A stretch of DNA of 64,000 nucleotides from Vicinamibacterales bacterium (lineage in GTDB: Bacteria; Acidobacteriota; Vicinamibacteria; Vicinamibacterales; UBA2999). This document shows, piece after piece, positions 37,642 to 46,225 of this stretch (the stretch's first letter is position 1; the number at the start of each line of letters is the position of its first letter). The stretch spans positions 1,744 through 65,743 of the forward strand of contig DASUGH010000094.1 in NCBI GenBank assembly GCA_036274155.1. Reading direction: 5' to 3'. Position numbers and translations under genes: made by a program. The notes under the pieces are model-generated. The model had not been told where the DNA came from and searched no databases. It saw only the letters and a program-made list of their open reading frames with translations.

Positions 37642-37971
37642 GAGCTCCTGATGATTCATCACATTGTTGGCGACACCGCGAGACGGGTCATCGCTGGCGG
37701 GCGCCGACTCCGCATGCCGGGAATGCGCCCGCGGCTCGTACGCTTCGGTTCCCCGGCGACTATCAGCCACTTCGGTGCGACATCTGTCAGGCGCGCAGGA
37801 CCGCTGGGGGTTCCTCGCACGTCACGGATCACACGGAAGGGAGTCGCCGCGAGGAATCGCCGCGCGCGCATTCCAGCTACGCAGTGTGCTCGGCATGCTC
37901 CGTACGGCACCCGCCAGCGATGACCCGTCTCGCCGTACGTGAAAAATGTGATGAATCATGAGCCTGAGCTC
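37642..37971. mobile_element. 330-bp MITE-like element with ~65-bp terminal inverted repeats
   Basis: The left end is gagctcctgatgattcatcacattgttggcgacaccgcgagacgggtcatcgctggcgggcgccg. The right end (reverse complement) is gagctcaggctcatgattcatcacatttttcacgtacggcgagacgggtcatcgctggcgggtgccg. It lies in the 491-nt gap between two same-strand genes. Confidence 0.7.
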
Positions 37972-38103
37972 GGTTGCTTGCGCATAGACCACGCCGGCGC
38001 TTCGCGCCGGACACGAAGCTCACGAAGGAATGATAGGTCTTCGTGTGCTTCGTGCGCGCCGCAAGCCTTCGTGGTCTCCACACTCCAGTAAACTTCGATC
38101 TCG

Positions 38104-38880
38104 CTAGCGCTCGCTCGATGCCGCACCGAGCGCTTTCTTCAACGCCCCCAGCGCGGCGAGCGCGCCCTGGCGCAGAAAGCCCTGGTCGGATGAGACGACG
38201 AACAGGCTCGCGCCCAGGCCGGAGAGGTACGCGGCTTCTCCCGGGTCGCCGGTGTAGACGCTGAGCGCCTTGCCCGACTGTCTCGCCGCCGCCGCGATCC
38301 GGTCACTGGCGTCGCGAACCGATCGATCGGACGTGCGGTCGCCGAAGGCGGCGGTCAGGTCGCCACGCCCGGCGAACAGCGCGTCGATGCCCTCGACCGC
38401 GGCGATCGCGTCTACCTGCGGCAACGCCGCGACATCCTCGATTTGCGCGATCACCACCGTCTCGGCATCTTCGCGGTCGATGTGGTCCCAGATCGGCGTG
38501 GCCGTGTATCGCCCGGCGCGGGTGCTGGTGGCGAAGCCGCGCCCCGCTCGATAGCGGCAGGCGGCCACGAGAGCACGCGCCTGCTCGACGCTGGCAACGT
38601 GCGGCATCAGGATGCCGGTGGCACCGCCATCCAGCACCGAGAGGATGGTGTCCGGGCCGGCGACGCGCACCAGCACCGGGAGGCCTCTCGCGCACGCGAT
38701 GGCGAGCGCAACGTCGGTGCTGCTGCGATCGAAGGGGGCGTGTTCCTGATCGATGACGACGAAATCGAAGCCGGCGTCGCCGACGATCTCCACGCCATGG
38801 CCGGTCGGCGTCTTGAGGAACGTACCGACCAGCGTCTGCCGGGCAAGCAGGCGAGTGCGAAAACCTGAGGCTCGAGTCAT
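38104..38880 (-). CDS. HpcH/HpaI-family 2-keto-3-deoxy-acid aldolase
   Basis: Motifs are GFDFVVIDQEHAPFD, PVLVRVAG, GILMPHV, PTG-type phosphate/acid-binding layout, and IAQIEDVAAL. 258 aa. Confidence 0.85.
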   Translation of the reverse strand: MTRASGFRTRLLARQTLVGTFLKTPTGHGVEIVGDAGFDFVVIDQEHAPFDRSSTDVALAIACARGLPVLVRVAGPDTILSVLDGGATGILMPHVASVEQARALVAACRYRAGRGFATSTRAGRYTATPIWDHIDREDAETVVIAQIEDVAALPQVDAIAAVEGIDALFAGRGDLTAAFGDRTSDRSVRDASDRIAAAARQSGKALSVYTGDPGEAAYLSGLGASLFVVSSDQGFLRQGALAALGALKKALGAASSER

Positions 38881-38896
38881 CCGTCGCGTCCTCCCG

Positions 38897-39796
38897 TCAG
38901 GGCATCGGATATTCGGCCGCGTTCAGCACCCAGCCGGGCTTCTCGGAGAAATCCCGGCGCGGCGGGCAGAAGATGTCCACCAGCTGGTTGGTGCCCTTCC
39001 CCACTGCCTCCGTGGTGTGGATGGCTGGCGGCGGAATGACCGCAATCGACGGCGTACCGCACAACTCATGCTGGTCCTCGCGCCACGAGCTCTTGTCGAT
39101 GCCCCATGGCCAGCGCAAGTGGTGGACGAACTCGCCGGCAACCGCGAGCGAACCCTGCTCGAAATCGTCGTGGAAATGGGGAGACAGACGCGTGGGATCG
39201 CGCGGCCCTTCGAACGTCTCGCAGTAGTTGATCATCAGCGTGGTGCAGCGCCAGATGCGGCCGAAGCGCCCCTTCTCGGGCGGCGGGTCGAGGTCGTAGA
39301 CGCGAATCCTGAAGCCTCCGACCGGATCGGGCCAGGGCTCGGCCGCGGCGACATTGGGCTTGGGCCTGGCGTAGGACGCGTTGTTCACGCACCTGGGCAG
39401 CAGGTCGGCCGAACGTGTCGTGAAAACGCGCACGATCTGGCCCGGCGTGATCACCCTGATGCGGGATGCGCCGGGCGGCACGAACACCAGCGAACCGCCG
39501 TCGACAGACGCGGTTTCCCTGTCTGTCGACACTTCGAACGTCGAGCCTCGATCCGGCAGCAAGATGGCATATTCGTCGGGCTGACTGTCGCGAGCCAACA
39601 CTCCGCCCGGCTTCGGCTGCGTGAGGGCGATGATGAAATTCTGGCCGCGGGCATACCAGGTACGCCCATCCGGTCCGTCATCCTGCGGCGCCTCGGCGTA
39701 GAAGCGCGCATATTCCGCGTCGCCGGACGCCGAGACGGCGCGCGCCGGCGCCGCGGACGTGTTCAGGGCCGAACGCGGATCGTTGACGTCGTACAT
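38897..39796 (-). CDS. bicupin-like hypothetical protein
   Basis: Two beta-rich halves. The second carries a cupin metal motif, [12 protein letters not shown] ... GEFVHHL. Composition is coding-like, whereas the overlapping + strand ORF (38753-39811) is Arg-rich and antisense-like. It sits 16 nt upstream of the aldolase gene. Confidence 0.5.
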   Translation of the reverse strand: MYDVNDPRSALNTSAAPARAVSASGDAEYARFYAEAPQDDGPDGRTWYARGQNFIIALTQPKPGGVLARDSQPDEYAILLPDRGSTFEVSTDRETASVDGGSLVFVPPGASRIRVITPGQIVRVFTTRSADLLPRCVNNASYARPKPNVAAAEPWPDPVGGFRIRVYDLDPPPEKGRFGRIWRCTTLMINYCETFEGPRDPTRLSPHFHDDFEQGSLAVAGEFVHHLRWPWGIDKSSWREDQHELCGTPSIAVIPPPAIHTTEAVGKGTNQLVDIFCPPRRDFSEKPGWVLNAAEYPMP

Positions 39797-39880
39797 GCTG
39801 CTTCCTCGTGATTCGAAAGGCTAGCATCCCCGCGAAGCGCAAATCCACGAGCGGGCCGCGATAAGCTCTTGGAAACAACC

Positions 39881-40810
39881 ATGGGACACGACGGAAAAGT
39901 CATCATCACGTGCGCAGTGACCGGTGGGATCCACACGCCTTCCATGTCGAAGTACCTCCCGGTCACCGCAGAGGAGATTGCCGACGCGGCGATTAGCGCG
40001 GCCGAGGCCGGTGCAGCCATCGTCCATCTGCACGCCCGCGATCCCGGGACGGGTGCGCCCGACCAGACCGTGGCGGCCTACGAGCCGTTCCTGAAGGTCA
40101 TCAAGCAGCGCACCGACGTCGTCATCAACATCACGACCGGCGCCGGCCAGGGAATGACGCTGGAACAACGGCTCGAGCCCGCGCGTGCCTTCGCGCCCGA
40201 AGTCGCCTCGCTCAACATGGGGTCGATGAACTTCGGCTTGTTCCCGATGCTGAACCGCTACAAGACTTTCACGCATGACTGGGAGAGGAAGGCACTCGAG
40301 GCCTCCCGCGACGTTGTCTTCCGGAACACGTTTGCGGACATCGAGCATGCGCTGGCCACGCTCAGTGAGTTGGACATTCGATTCGAGTTCGAGTGCTACG
40401 ACACCGGGCATCTCTACAATCTGCGCCATTTCCTCGACCGCGGCCTCGTCACGCCGCCGCTGTTCATCCAGACGGTGTTTGGCATCCTGGGCGGCATCGG
40501 CACGCATCCCGAGGACGTCATGCACATGCGGCGCACCGCCGACCGGCTGTTCGGCGGCCAGTATCAGTGGTCGGCACTCGGGGCCGGGCGCAACCAGATG
40601 CCCATCGCCGCCATGGCGGCCGCGATGGGCGGGCACGTGCGCGTCGGTCTCGAGGATTCGCTGTGGAAGGGCCGCGACCAGCTCGCCACCAATCACGATC
40701 AGGTCCGCCTGGCGCGCCAGATCGTCGAAGGGCTCGGCCTGACGATCGCCACGCCGGACGAAGCGCGCGAAATCCTGCACCTCAAGGGGAAGGACGGAAC
40801 CACTATCTGA
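39881..40810 (+). CDS. beta-keto acid cleavage enzyme (BKACE / 3-keto-5-aminohexanoate cleavage family, DUF849)
   Basis: Motifs are VIITCAVTGGIHTPS, AAIVHLHARDP and EVASLNMGSMNFG, matching the BKACE TIM-barrel family. The ATG at 39881 is preferred over the TTG at 39869. Confidence 0.85.
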   Translation: MGHDGKVIITCAVTGGIHTPSMSKYLPVTAEEIADAAISAAEAGAAIVHLHARDPGTGAPDQTVAAYEPFLKVIKQRTDVVINITTGAGQGMTLEQRLEPARAFAPEVASLNMGSMNFGLFPMLNRYKTFTHDWERKALEASRDVVFRNTFADIEHALATLSELDIRFEFECYDTGHLYNLRHFLDRGLVTPPLFIQTVFGILGGIGTHPEDVMHMRRTADRLFGGQYQWSALGAGRNQMPIAAMAAAMGGHVRVGLEDSLWKGRDQLATNHDQVRLARQIVEGLGLTIATPDEAREILHLKGKDGTTI

Positions 40811-40823
40811 CGACGCCCTGCAC

Positions 40824-41921
40824 CTATCGCCTGTCGAGGCCGTGTTCGGCGAGGAACTTCGAGAGCAGGTCCGCCACGGCCACGTTGTTCATGTCGGCGA
40901 ACGGAATGTGCGTATTGCCCTTGAGGCCGGCGTCGGGCAGCATCAGTACCTGCGCCTTGCCGCCGTACTTGTTGATCTTTTCGGCGAACAGCTTCGACAG
41001 TCTGAGGCTGTTGCTGGAGTTGGCCGACTTGTCGACGTTGTCGCCCCAGACCATCTGCATGGGAACCTTCGTCAGCTTCTTGAACTCCTCGAGCGGTACC
41101 TCGATCGGACCGAAGCCTCCGACCGGTCCTCCCGGACCTTCACCCTGCGGATAGACGTAGCCGACGTTCTCGTACATGACGATGGCGGCCACGTTGTTCG
41201 TCTTGAGCGCGGTCAGGATGGCACGCATGCCGCCAGCGGAGTTGGTGAGTGCCACGCTCGGACCGATCTTGTCCATCAGCTGTGCCGCGGCGTCCGACTG
41301 CAGCTGCGCGTTCTCGACCGTGTCGAACTCGAGGTAGCGAGCTCGTGAGGCCTGGTTCCACGCCTCGGGGTCTTTGGTCGGGAACTGCACGCCCTCGAAC
41401 CAGTTCGGGTACTGCGCGCCGAAACGCCAGGCGGTGAAGTTTCCCTGATCCCGGCCGGTGGCTGCTGTGTAGGTGTGCCCCGTGCAACCCCAGTTCGCGC
41501 GACCGACGTGCGGGCCATCCCAGATGTAGACCGGGTAGCCGCGGCGCAGGAAGATGCTCTGGAAGCCCTCGCCGCCGTCCCAGCGATTCAGCCATGCCGT
41601 TGCCGCAGCGCTGTGCCACATCACGAGGTTGATCCGGCGCGGGTTCACCGGAATCTCGTACTCGACGTAGCCGTGGTCGCAGTGCAGCGATCGCGAACCG
41701 GCGTCGCCGAGAATCTTCCCCCCCACGGCGAAGGAGCCCTGCTTCTGGATGGTGATCGGTGCACTCGCCGCCGGCCGTTGCCCCTGCGACGCCAGGTAGC
41801 CGGTCGTGAGGACGGTCATCGCACAGGCCGCCGCGAGTCCCGCGAGCACACGCGCTCGGCGGCGTCCGGCTGACGTTCCCAGGAGCCTGTCCTGCTCAAA
41901 GCGGTTCTTCACATCGCGCAT
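40824..41921 (-). CDS. alpha/beta-hydrolase-like exported protein
   Basis: The ATG at 41921 gives an N-terminal anchor or signal (RRRARVLAGLAAACAMTVLTTGYLASQ). Candidate nucleophile segment is ALTNSAGGM. C-terminal His segment is GNTHIPFAD. The family assignment is weak. Confidence 0.5.
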   Translation of the reverse strand: MRDVKNRFEQDRLLGTSAGRRRARVLAGLAAACAMTVLTTGYLASQGQRPAASAPITIQKQGSFAVGGKILGDAGSRSLHCDHGYVEYEIPVNPRRINLVMWHSAAATAWLNRWDGGEGFQSIFLRRGYPVYIWDGPHVGRANWGCTGHTYTAATGRDQGNFTAWRFGAQYPNWFEGVQFPTKDPEAWNQASRARYLEFDTVENAQLQSDAAAQLMDKIGPSVALTNSAGGMRAILTALKTNNVAAIVMYENVGYVYPQGEGPGGPVGGFGPIEVPLEEFKKLTKVPMQMVWGDNVDKSANSSNSLRLSKLFAEKINKYGGKAQVLMLPDAGLKGNTHIPFADMNNVAVADLLSKFLAEHGLDRR

Positions 41922-41968
41922 GATTTGCCCCACGAAAACCACCCTTCGCCGCTGGCCGGTTTGCCGCG

Positions 41969-42991
41969 CTATGGAAGGACAGGCAGACCGACCAGCCGGG
42001 CGGGTGTGTCCTTGAAGATCCATTTCAGGTCCTGTTCGGTGAATCCGGCGCTGCGGAGCGCTTTGGCAGCCATCGCCAACGCGTCAGGATGGTTGGGAGT
42101 GCCGACCAGCCCGCTATCGCTGCCAACGAATACGTTTCGCGTGCCCAGCGTCTTGATGACGTCGATCGCACGCGTCCGTGCGGCCGCCGACCCGTTCAGG
42201 GTGTTCGCGGTGATCTCGATGGCGCCGCCGAGCTTGACCGCTTCCTGCATCTGCGCCACGGACATATCCGTGAACTGCGGCCCGAGCAGCGGGTGGGTCA
42301 CGATGATTCTGGTGATGCCGCGCTGTTTGGCTTCGGCCATGATCATGAGCACCTCTTCAGGCGTCACGTGGCCCGTGGCCAGTGTGAGATTGCGCTCCTT
42401 GATCAGGTCGAGCACCTCGAAGACCTCTGGAATCAGCTTCCCGCTGCGTGACACGATCGCCTTGGTCCGCGTCTCCTTGTAGTAGTCGACCTCGTGTTCG
42501 GAATCGTGGGTCGGCATCCAGACGATCCGTCCCCACGCACCTTCCACGTCGGACATGTAGCGGACCGCCATCGGATTCACACCGCCGACCGGCGTATCGA
42601 GCGTCACGCTCCCGAAGACCTCGATGCCCTGTGCGCCGTATTTGCGAATCAGCTGCGCGAGCCCGGCCGATTCGGTCCAGTGGTTCTTGAGGACGACGCC
42701 GCGCATGCCCCGTTCCTTGGCGAGCTTGACGATCTCGAACGCGTCCCACTGTCTGGCGTAGGCGTCGGGACCGAAATGCGCATGCAGGTCGATTGCGCCG
42801 GTGAGCGCCGGATCCGTGAGCTTCTGATCGACCGACGGCTTGGCGCTTCGGGTTTTATAGGGTTCCCAGTGCGCCCTGGGGGATGTCTGCGCCAGAAGCG
42901 GCCCCCATCCGTAGTGCACGCCGACTGCGGCGGCCGTCAACGCCGCACACGACACACCGATCAGAACTCGCCTGGTTCTCAACGTCGCCAT
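41969..42991 (-). CDS. HxH metal-dependent hydrolase-like protein (DUF6282-like), exported paralogue
   Basis: Signal peptide MATLRTRRVLIGVSCAALTAAAVG. Motifs are AIDLHAHFGPD, VVLKNHWT, GGVNPMAVRYM...GRIVWMPTHDS, LATGHV, IIVTHPLLG and FVGSDSG. Confidence 0.55.
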   Translation of the reverse strand: MATLRTRRVLIGVSCAALTAAAVGVHYGWGPLLAQTSPRAHWEPYKTRSAKPSVDQKLTDPALTGAIDLHAHFGPDAYARQWDAFEIVKLAKERGMRGVVLKNHWTESAGLAQLIRKYGAQGIEVFGSVTLDTPVGGVNPMAVRYMSDVEGAWGRIVWMPTHDSEHEVDYYKETRTKAIVSRSGKLIPEVFEVLDLIKERNLTLATGHVTPEEVLMIMAEAKQRGITRIIVTHPLLGPQFTDMSVAQMQEAVKLGGAIEITANTLNGSAAARTRAIDVIKTLGTRNVFVGSDSGLVGTPNHPDALAMAAKALRSAGFTEQDLKWIFKDTPARLVGLPVLP

Positions 42992-43073
42992 GTCAACCAC
43001 TCCCCGCAGCCGTTGCGGCGGGTCCGGAAAGGAGCGCGCCGGTGACGCGCCCCGGAGAGAAACTGCCGTCCGT

Positions 43074-45248
43074 TCAGGACGGCGGCAGCAGGTAGCCGTG
43101 GTTCTTCATACTGGTCTCGGGGAACTGGATGCACGGTACGCAATCGGGCCAGTAGTGTTCGGGCTGACGTCCGCTGACCGGGTTCTTGTAGTGGAACCAC
43201 ATCGGCAGGATTCCGGGCCACGTGATCGTCTCCCCGGTACCGCCGCGGAAGCCGCGCTCGCGTTCGCCCAGCACGGTGAGAGGAATGTCGGGCGGATAGG
43301 CGTTCGCCTGCCCTCGCCCCGGCGCCGGTCCCTGACCCACTCCCGCTGCCGGTGCGGCGCCCCGGCCGCGTGGCGCCGTTGTCGCGCCTGCCGGCGACCA
43401 GCCACCTTCGTACGCCGACGAGTAGTAGTGCTCATCGATCGTGACGCTCCACAACCTCCAGATGCCGTCTTCGAGCACGACCTGATCGTGATACATCCCG
43501 CCGCCGATGCCCGACGAGCGCGTGCGGCTCGAGCCCGGCTGGAGGAGACGCGACCGGACGGACGCGGAGCGCCCATCGCTCGCCACGAGGATCACCGGTT
43601 GCGTGCGCCAGTGCAGCGGCAGCGTCGTCCGTGGCCGCGACCCGGGCGGCGGCGACGTGGCATCGCGCTCGATGATGCGCTGCCGCCCCACGTAGAAGCC
43701 GCTGAACGGCACTTCCTTGTTGCCCTTGACGGCAAACAGCTTACCGAGCTGCCCGTAGTCGAGATCGTCGAGGTAGTCGCCGTAAGCCGACGACATGTTC
43801 TCGGCGCCATCCCAGGCTTTCGAGACGGCGAGCTTCCGCTCGGCCTCGGTGATGCGGGCATTCAGGTCGCCTGACGGCGCGGCAGGCCTGGTGACCTGTG
43901 GCGCCTTCAGCAGACGCTCCTGGCCCACAGTCTTCATGCCCGCGGGCAGGCTCACCGGCTTGCCCGTGGCCGGGTTCGGTGCGAAGAACACAGGAACGGC
44001 GCCGGGTGTCATCACATCTGACGCCGGCATCGGCCGGTCGGGCGCGTGCTCCCTGGCGGGCGGCGGATCGACGACCTGGCTTCTGGCCCAACCCTGCGTC
44101 TTCTCGGTCTTCATCAGCGGGAAGATCCGCATCTCACGAATGCGCCAGATGTCGTTCTGCTTGACATAGCGGTTCTCGAAGATCGCCAGCGTGTAGAACG
44201 CCGTTCCCTTCTCGGCGTCGCCGACCAGACCGAACTCGAGGCCGCGCCCCCGCGCCTCCAGTCCACCCGGCTCGATGGCCACCGCCATGTCGAGTTGCAT
44301 GAGCTCGTTCAGCTGGCCGTTCTTCAACCCTGCCGGACCGCTGCGCTCGAGCGCGCGGCGGATGCTCCCGGGGCCGTCATACACCCCCACGTTGGCGATG
44401 GCGAGCGCGCCATCGGCGGTGAACAGGTCCGTGACGTCGTCCCACATCTTCCGGTCCATGTAGTAACCGTAAGCGTTCTGCAGGTTGCGGACCTTGTCCT
44501 CGTCGTTCATCGCCAGGATGCGCTGTTCGAGCGCCGCCAGCGCGGTGGCCGGGTCCATCTTCGGATCCACCGGCGGCACCGCCGAGGCGGACAGCTCGGG
44601 AAGGGGAATTCCGGCCTCGTCCGGCGTGAAGTGGTACGGGACGATCTTCTGGTCCTCGTCGACGTTCCGCCAGCCGGTCGCGTAGGGGCCGGCGAACATC
44701 GGGTTGTAGCGCATGCGCGCGATCTTCCACACTCCGCCCTCGCGCACGTACTCGTTCTCGAAAATGCCGCCCGCCCACTCGGCCTTCACACCGTATTGGC
44801 CGGTCATCGAGAACTCCCACCAGCGGCCCTTCGCCCGCTGGCCGTCGGCGGACACGTTGATGAGCGGCCGCAGGACCATCTGCGTATGCAGGCCGCCGGT
44901 CTTGAGGCCGTGCGTCCCCTCGCCGAACGTGTTCAGGAAGTAGCTCTGGATCGCCTGACGCCCTTGCTCGTTGCCGTTGCCGTACGACAGCTGGGCATTG
45001 TCGGCGAAGAGCGCCGCCATCTCGGTCCACAGTCCGAACTGCGAGTACTGCGCGTACGTCTCCTGCAGCCTCTTGACGGCGCGCACCGATTCGGCACGTT
45101 CGACATTGAGCGCCAGCCGCTGCACGCGTGCGGCAGCACTCGTGGCCGGGCTCTGGTCGCCGGCGCTGACCACCTGCAGCGCGCCGAGCGCCACGATCAG
45201 CGCCAGCCCGCTCGCGGTCAGCCGGCGTCGCGAAAGCACATTGGTCAT
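43074..45248 (-). CDS. exported triple NTF2/SnoaL-like domain protein (long paralogue)
   Basis: Signal peptide. It has three NTF2-like units, each starting with a helix of the type VRAVKRLQETYAQYSQFGLWTEMAALF, DKVRNLQNAYGYYMDRKMWDDVTDLF or AWDGAENMSSAYGDYLDDLDYGQLGKLF. The conserved C-terminal tail is WPGILPMWFHYKNPVSGR. Confidence 0.7.
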   Translation of the reverse strand: MTNVLSRRRLTASGLALIVALGALQVVSAGDQSPATSAAARVQRLALNVERAESVRAVKRLQETYAQYSQFGLWTEMAALFADNAQLSYGNGNEQGRQAIQSYFLNTFGEGTHGLKTGGLHTQMVLRPLINVSADGQRAKGRWWEFSMTGQYGVKAEWAGGIFENEYVREGGVWKIARMRYNPMFAGPYATGWRNVDEDQKIVPYHFTPDEAGIPLPELSASAVPPVDPKMDPATALAALEQRILAMNDEDKVRNLQNAYGYYMDRKMWDDVTDLFTADGALAIANVGVYDGPGSIRRALERSGPAGLKNGQLNELMQLDMAVAIEPGGLEARGRGLEFGLVGDAEKGTAFYTLAIFENRYVKQNDIWRIREMRIFPLMKTEKTQGWARSQVVDPPPAREHAPDRPMPASDVMTPGAVPVFFAPNPATGKPVSLPAGMKTVGQERLLKAPQVTRPAAPSGDLNARITEAERKLAVSKAWDGAENMSSAYGDYLDDLDYGQLGKLFAVKGNKEVPFSGFYVGRQRIIERDATSPPPGSRPRTTLPLHWRTQPVILVASDGRSASVRSRLLQPGSSRTRSSGIGGGMYHDQVVLEDGIWRLWSVTIDEHYYSSAYEGGWSPAGATTAPRGRGAAPAAGVGQGPAPGRGQANAYPPDIPLTVLGERERGFRGGTGETITWPGILPMWFHYKNPVSGRQPEHYWPDCVPCIQFPETSMKNHGYLLPPS

Positions 45249-45351
45249 AAGGCCTCTCACCGGTTACAAGCGCCCATACGCGCGATTCAGGAGAATATGA
45301 CGGAGCCACCCGGCAGGCCATACCTCGATTTGGGCAGGTTCCCGCTCCAGA

Positions 45352-45540
45352 CCCAGAGCTCACTGGTGTTGAGGATGCGAATCCCTGTGGAGACGACCGA
45401 CCAGGCTCGCCTGACCGCTCGAGAAGGCTGGGGGGATCAGCGAGCTCACGGAGCTCGCGTCCAGCGGTCCTCGACGCCCTCGCAGCGCGGTCCGGTCGCC
45501 GGAACCGGGATTCGCATCCTCAACACCAGTGAGCTCTGGG
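45352..45540. mobile_element. 189-bp MITE-like element, copy B (inverted relative to copy A)
   Basis: The ends are cccagagctcactggtgttgaggatgcgaatccc ... gggattcgcatcctcaacaccagtgagctctggg. The interior matches the reverse complement of 14295-14483 with only a few substitutions. Confidence 0.75.
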
Positions 45541-45580
45541 TGCAGGCCTTCCAGCCCCCGCCGCGTCGCGGAACAGCCTC

Positions 45581-46207
45581 CTACCGTATGTGAATGATCC
45601 CCCGGCGCAAGGCAATCGGGATGACCGCCGCGCGGTCGTTGACATTCAGCTTCGCGAGGATGTTCTTGACGTGAACCTTGGTGGTTTCCTCGCTGATTCC
45701 GAGGGCGACGGCAATCTCCTTGTTGCGCAGCCCTTGCGCAATCAGCCTCACCACCTCGACCTCCCGCGGCGTCAGCGACGGCTTCGTCTTCCGCGCCTCG
45801 AGCAAGGCGGCGACGTTGGATGGCATCGGCCGGCCGCCGCTGTTGACGTCGCGGATCACGCGCACGAGATCCTCGGCCAGCGTCTCTTTCAGCAGGTAGG
45901 TCGCCGCTCCCGCTTCGAGCGCCTGACAGATGTCCTCGTCCCCGCTGTACATCGTCAGCACGACGATGCGGGCATCCGGCGTCTCACTGCAGATCTCCTG
46001 GATGGCTTCGATTCCGCTCATGGTCGGCAGCTGCAGATCCATCAGGGTGACGTCGGGACGCAGCTGCCGGAAAAGCTCCACCGACTGCTCACCGCTCGTC
46101 GCCGAGCCCACCACTTTCATGTCGCCCTGACGATCGATCAGCAGCGACAAGCCGTCCAGGACGACGCGGTGATCGTCCACACAGAGAATGCGGATCTTCG
46201 AGGCCAT
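45581..46207 (-). CDS. NarL/FixJ-family response regulator (REC + LuxR HTH)
   Basis: Receiver motifs are ILCVDDH, phospho-acceptor MDLQLP and VVLTMY. The LuxR HTH is LTPREVEVVRLIAQGLRNKEIAVALGISEETTKVHVKNILAKL. Confidence 0.92.
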   Translation of the reverse strand: MASKIRILCVDDHRVVLDGLSLLIDRQGDMKVVGSATSGEQSVELFRQLRPDVTLMDLQLPTMSGIEAIQEICSETPDARIVVLTMYSGDEDICQALEAGAATYLLKETLAEDLVRVIRDVNSGGRPMPSNVAALLEARKTKPSLTPREVEVVRLIAQGLRNKEIAVALGISEETTKVHVKNILAKLNVNDRAAVIPIALRRGIIHIR

Positions 46208-46225
46208 GGGTGATGGATGGGTCCT

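Noticed and set aside
37651-37923. Mirror-image ORFs of 83-92 aa lie on both strands within the 37.6-38.0 kb gap.
   Set aside because: They are artefacts of the long terminal inverted repeats of the MITE-like element. Both strands read similarly, and the sequences are Arg-rich with no motifs.
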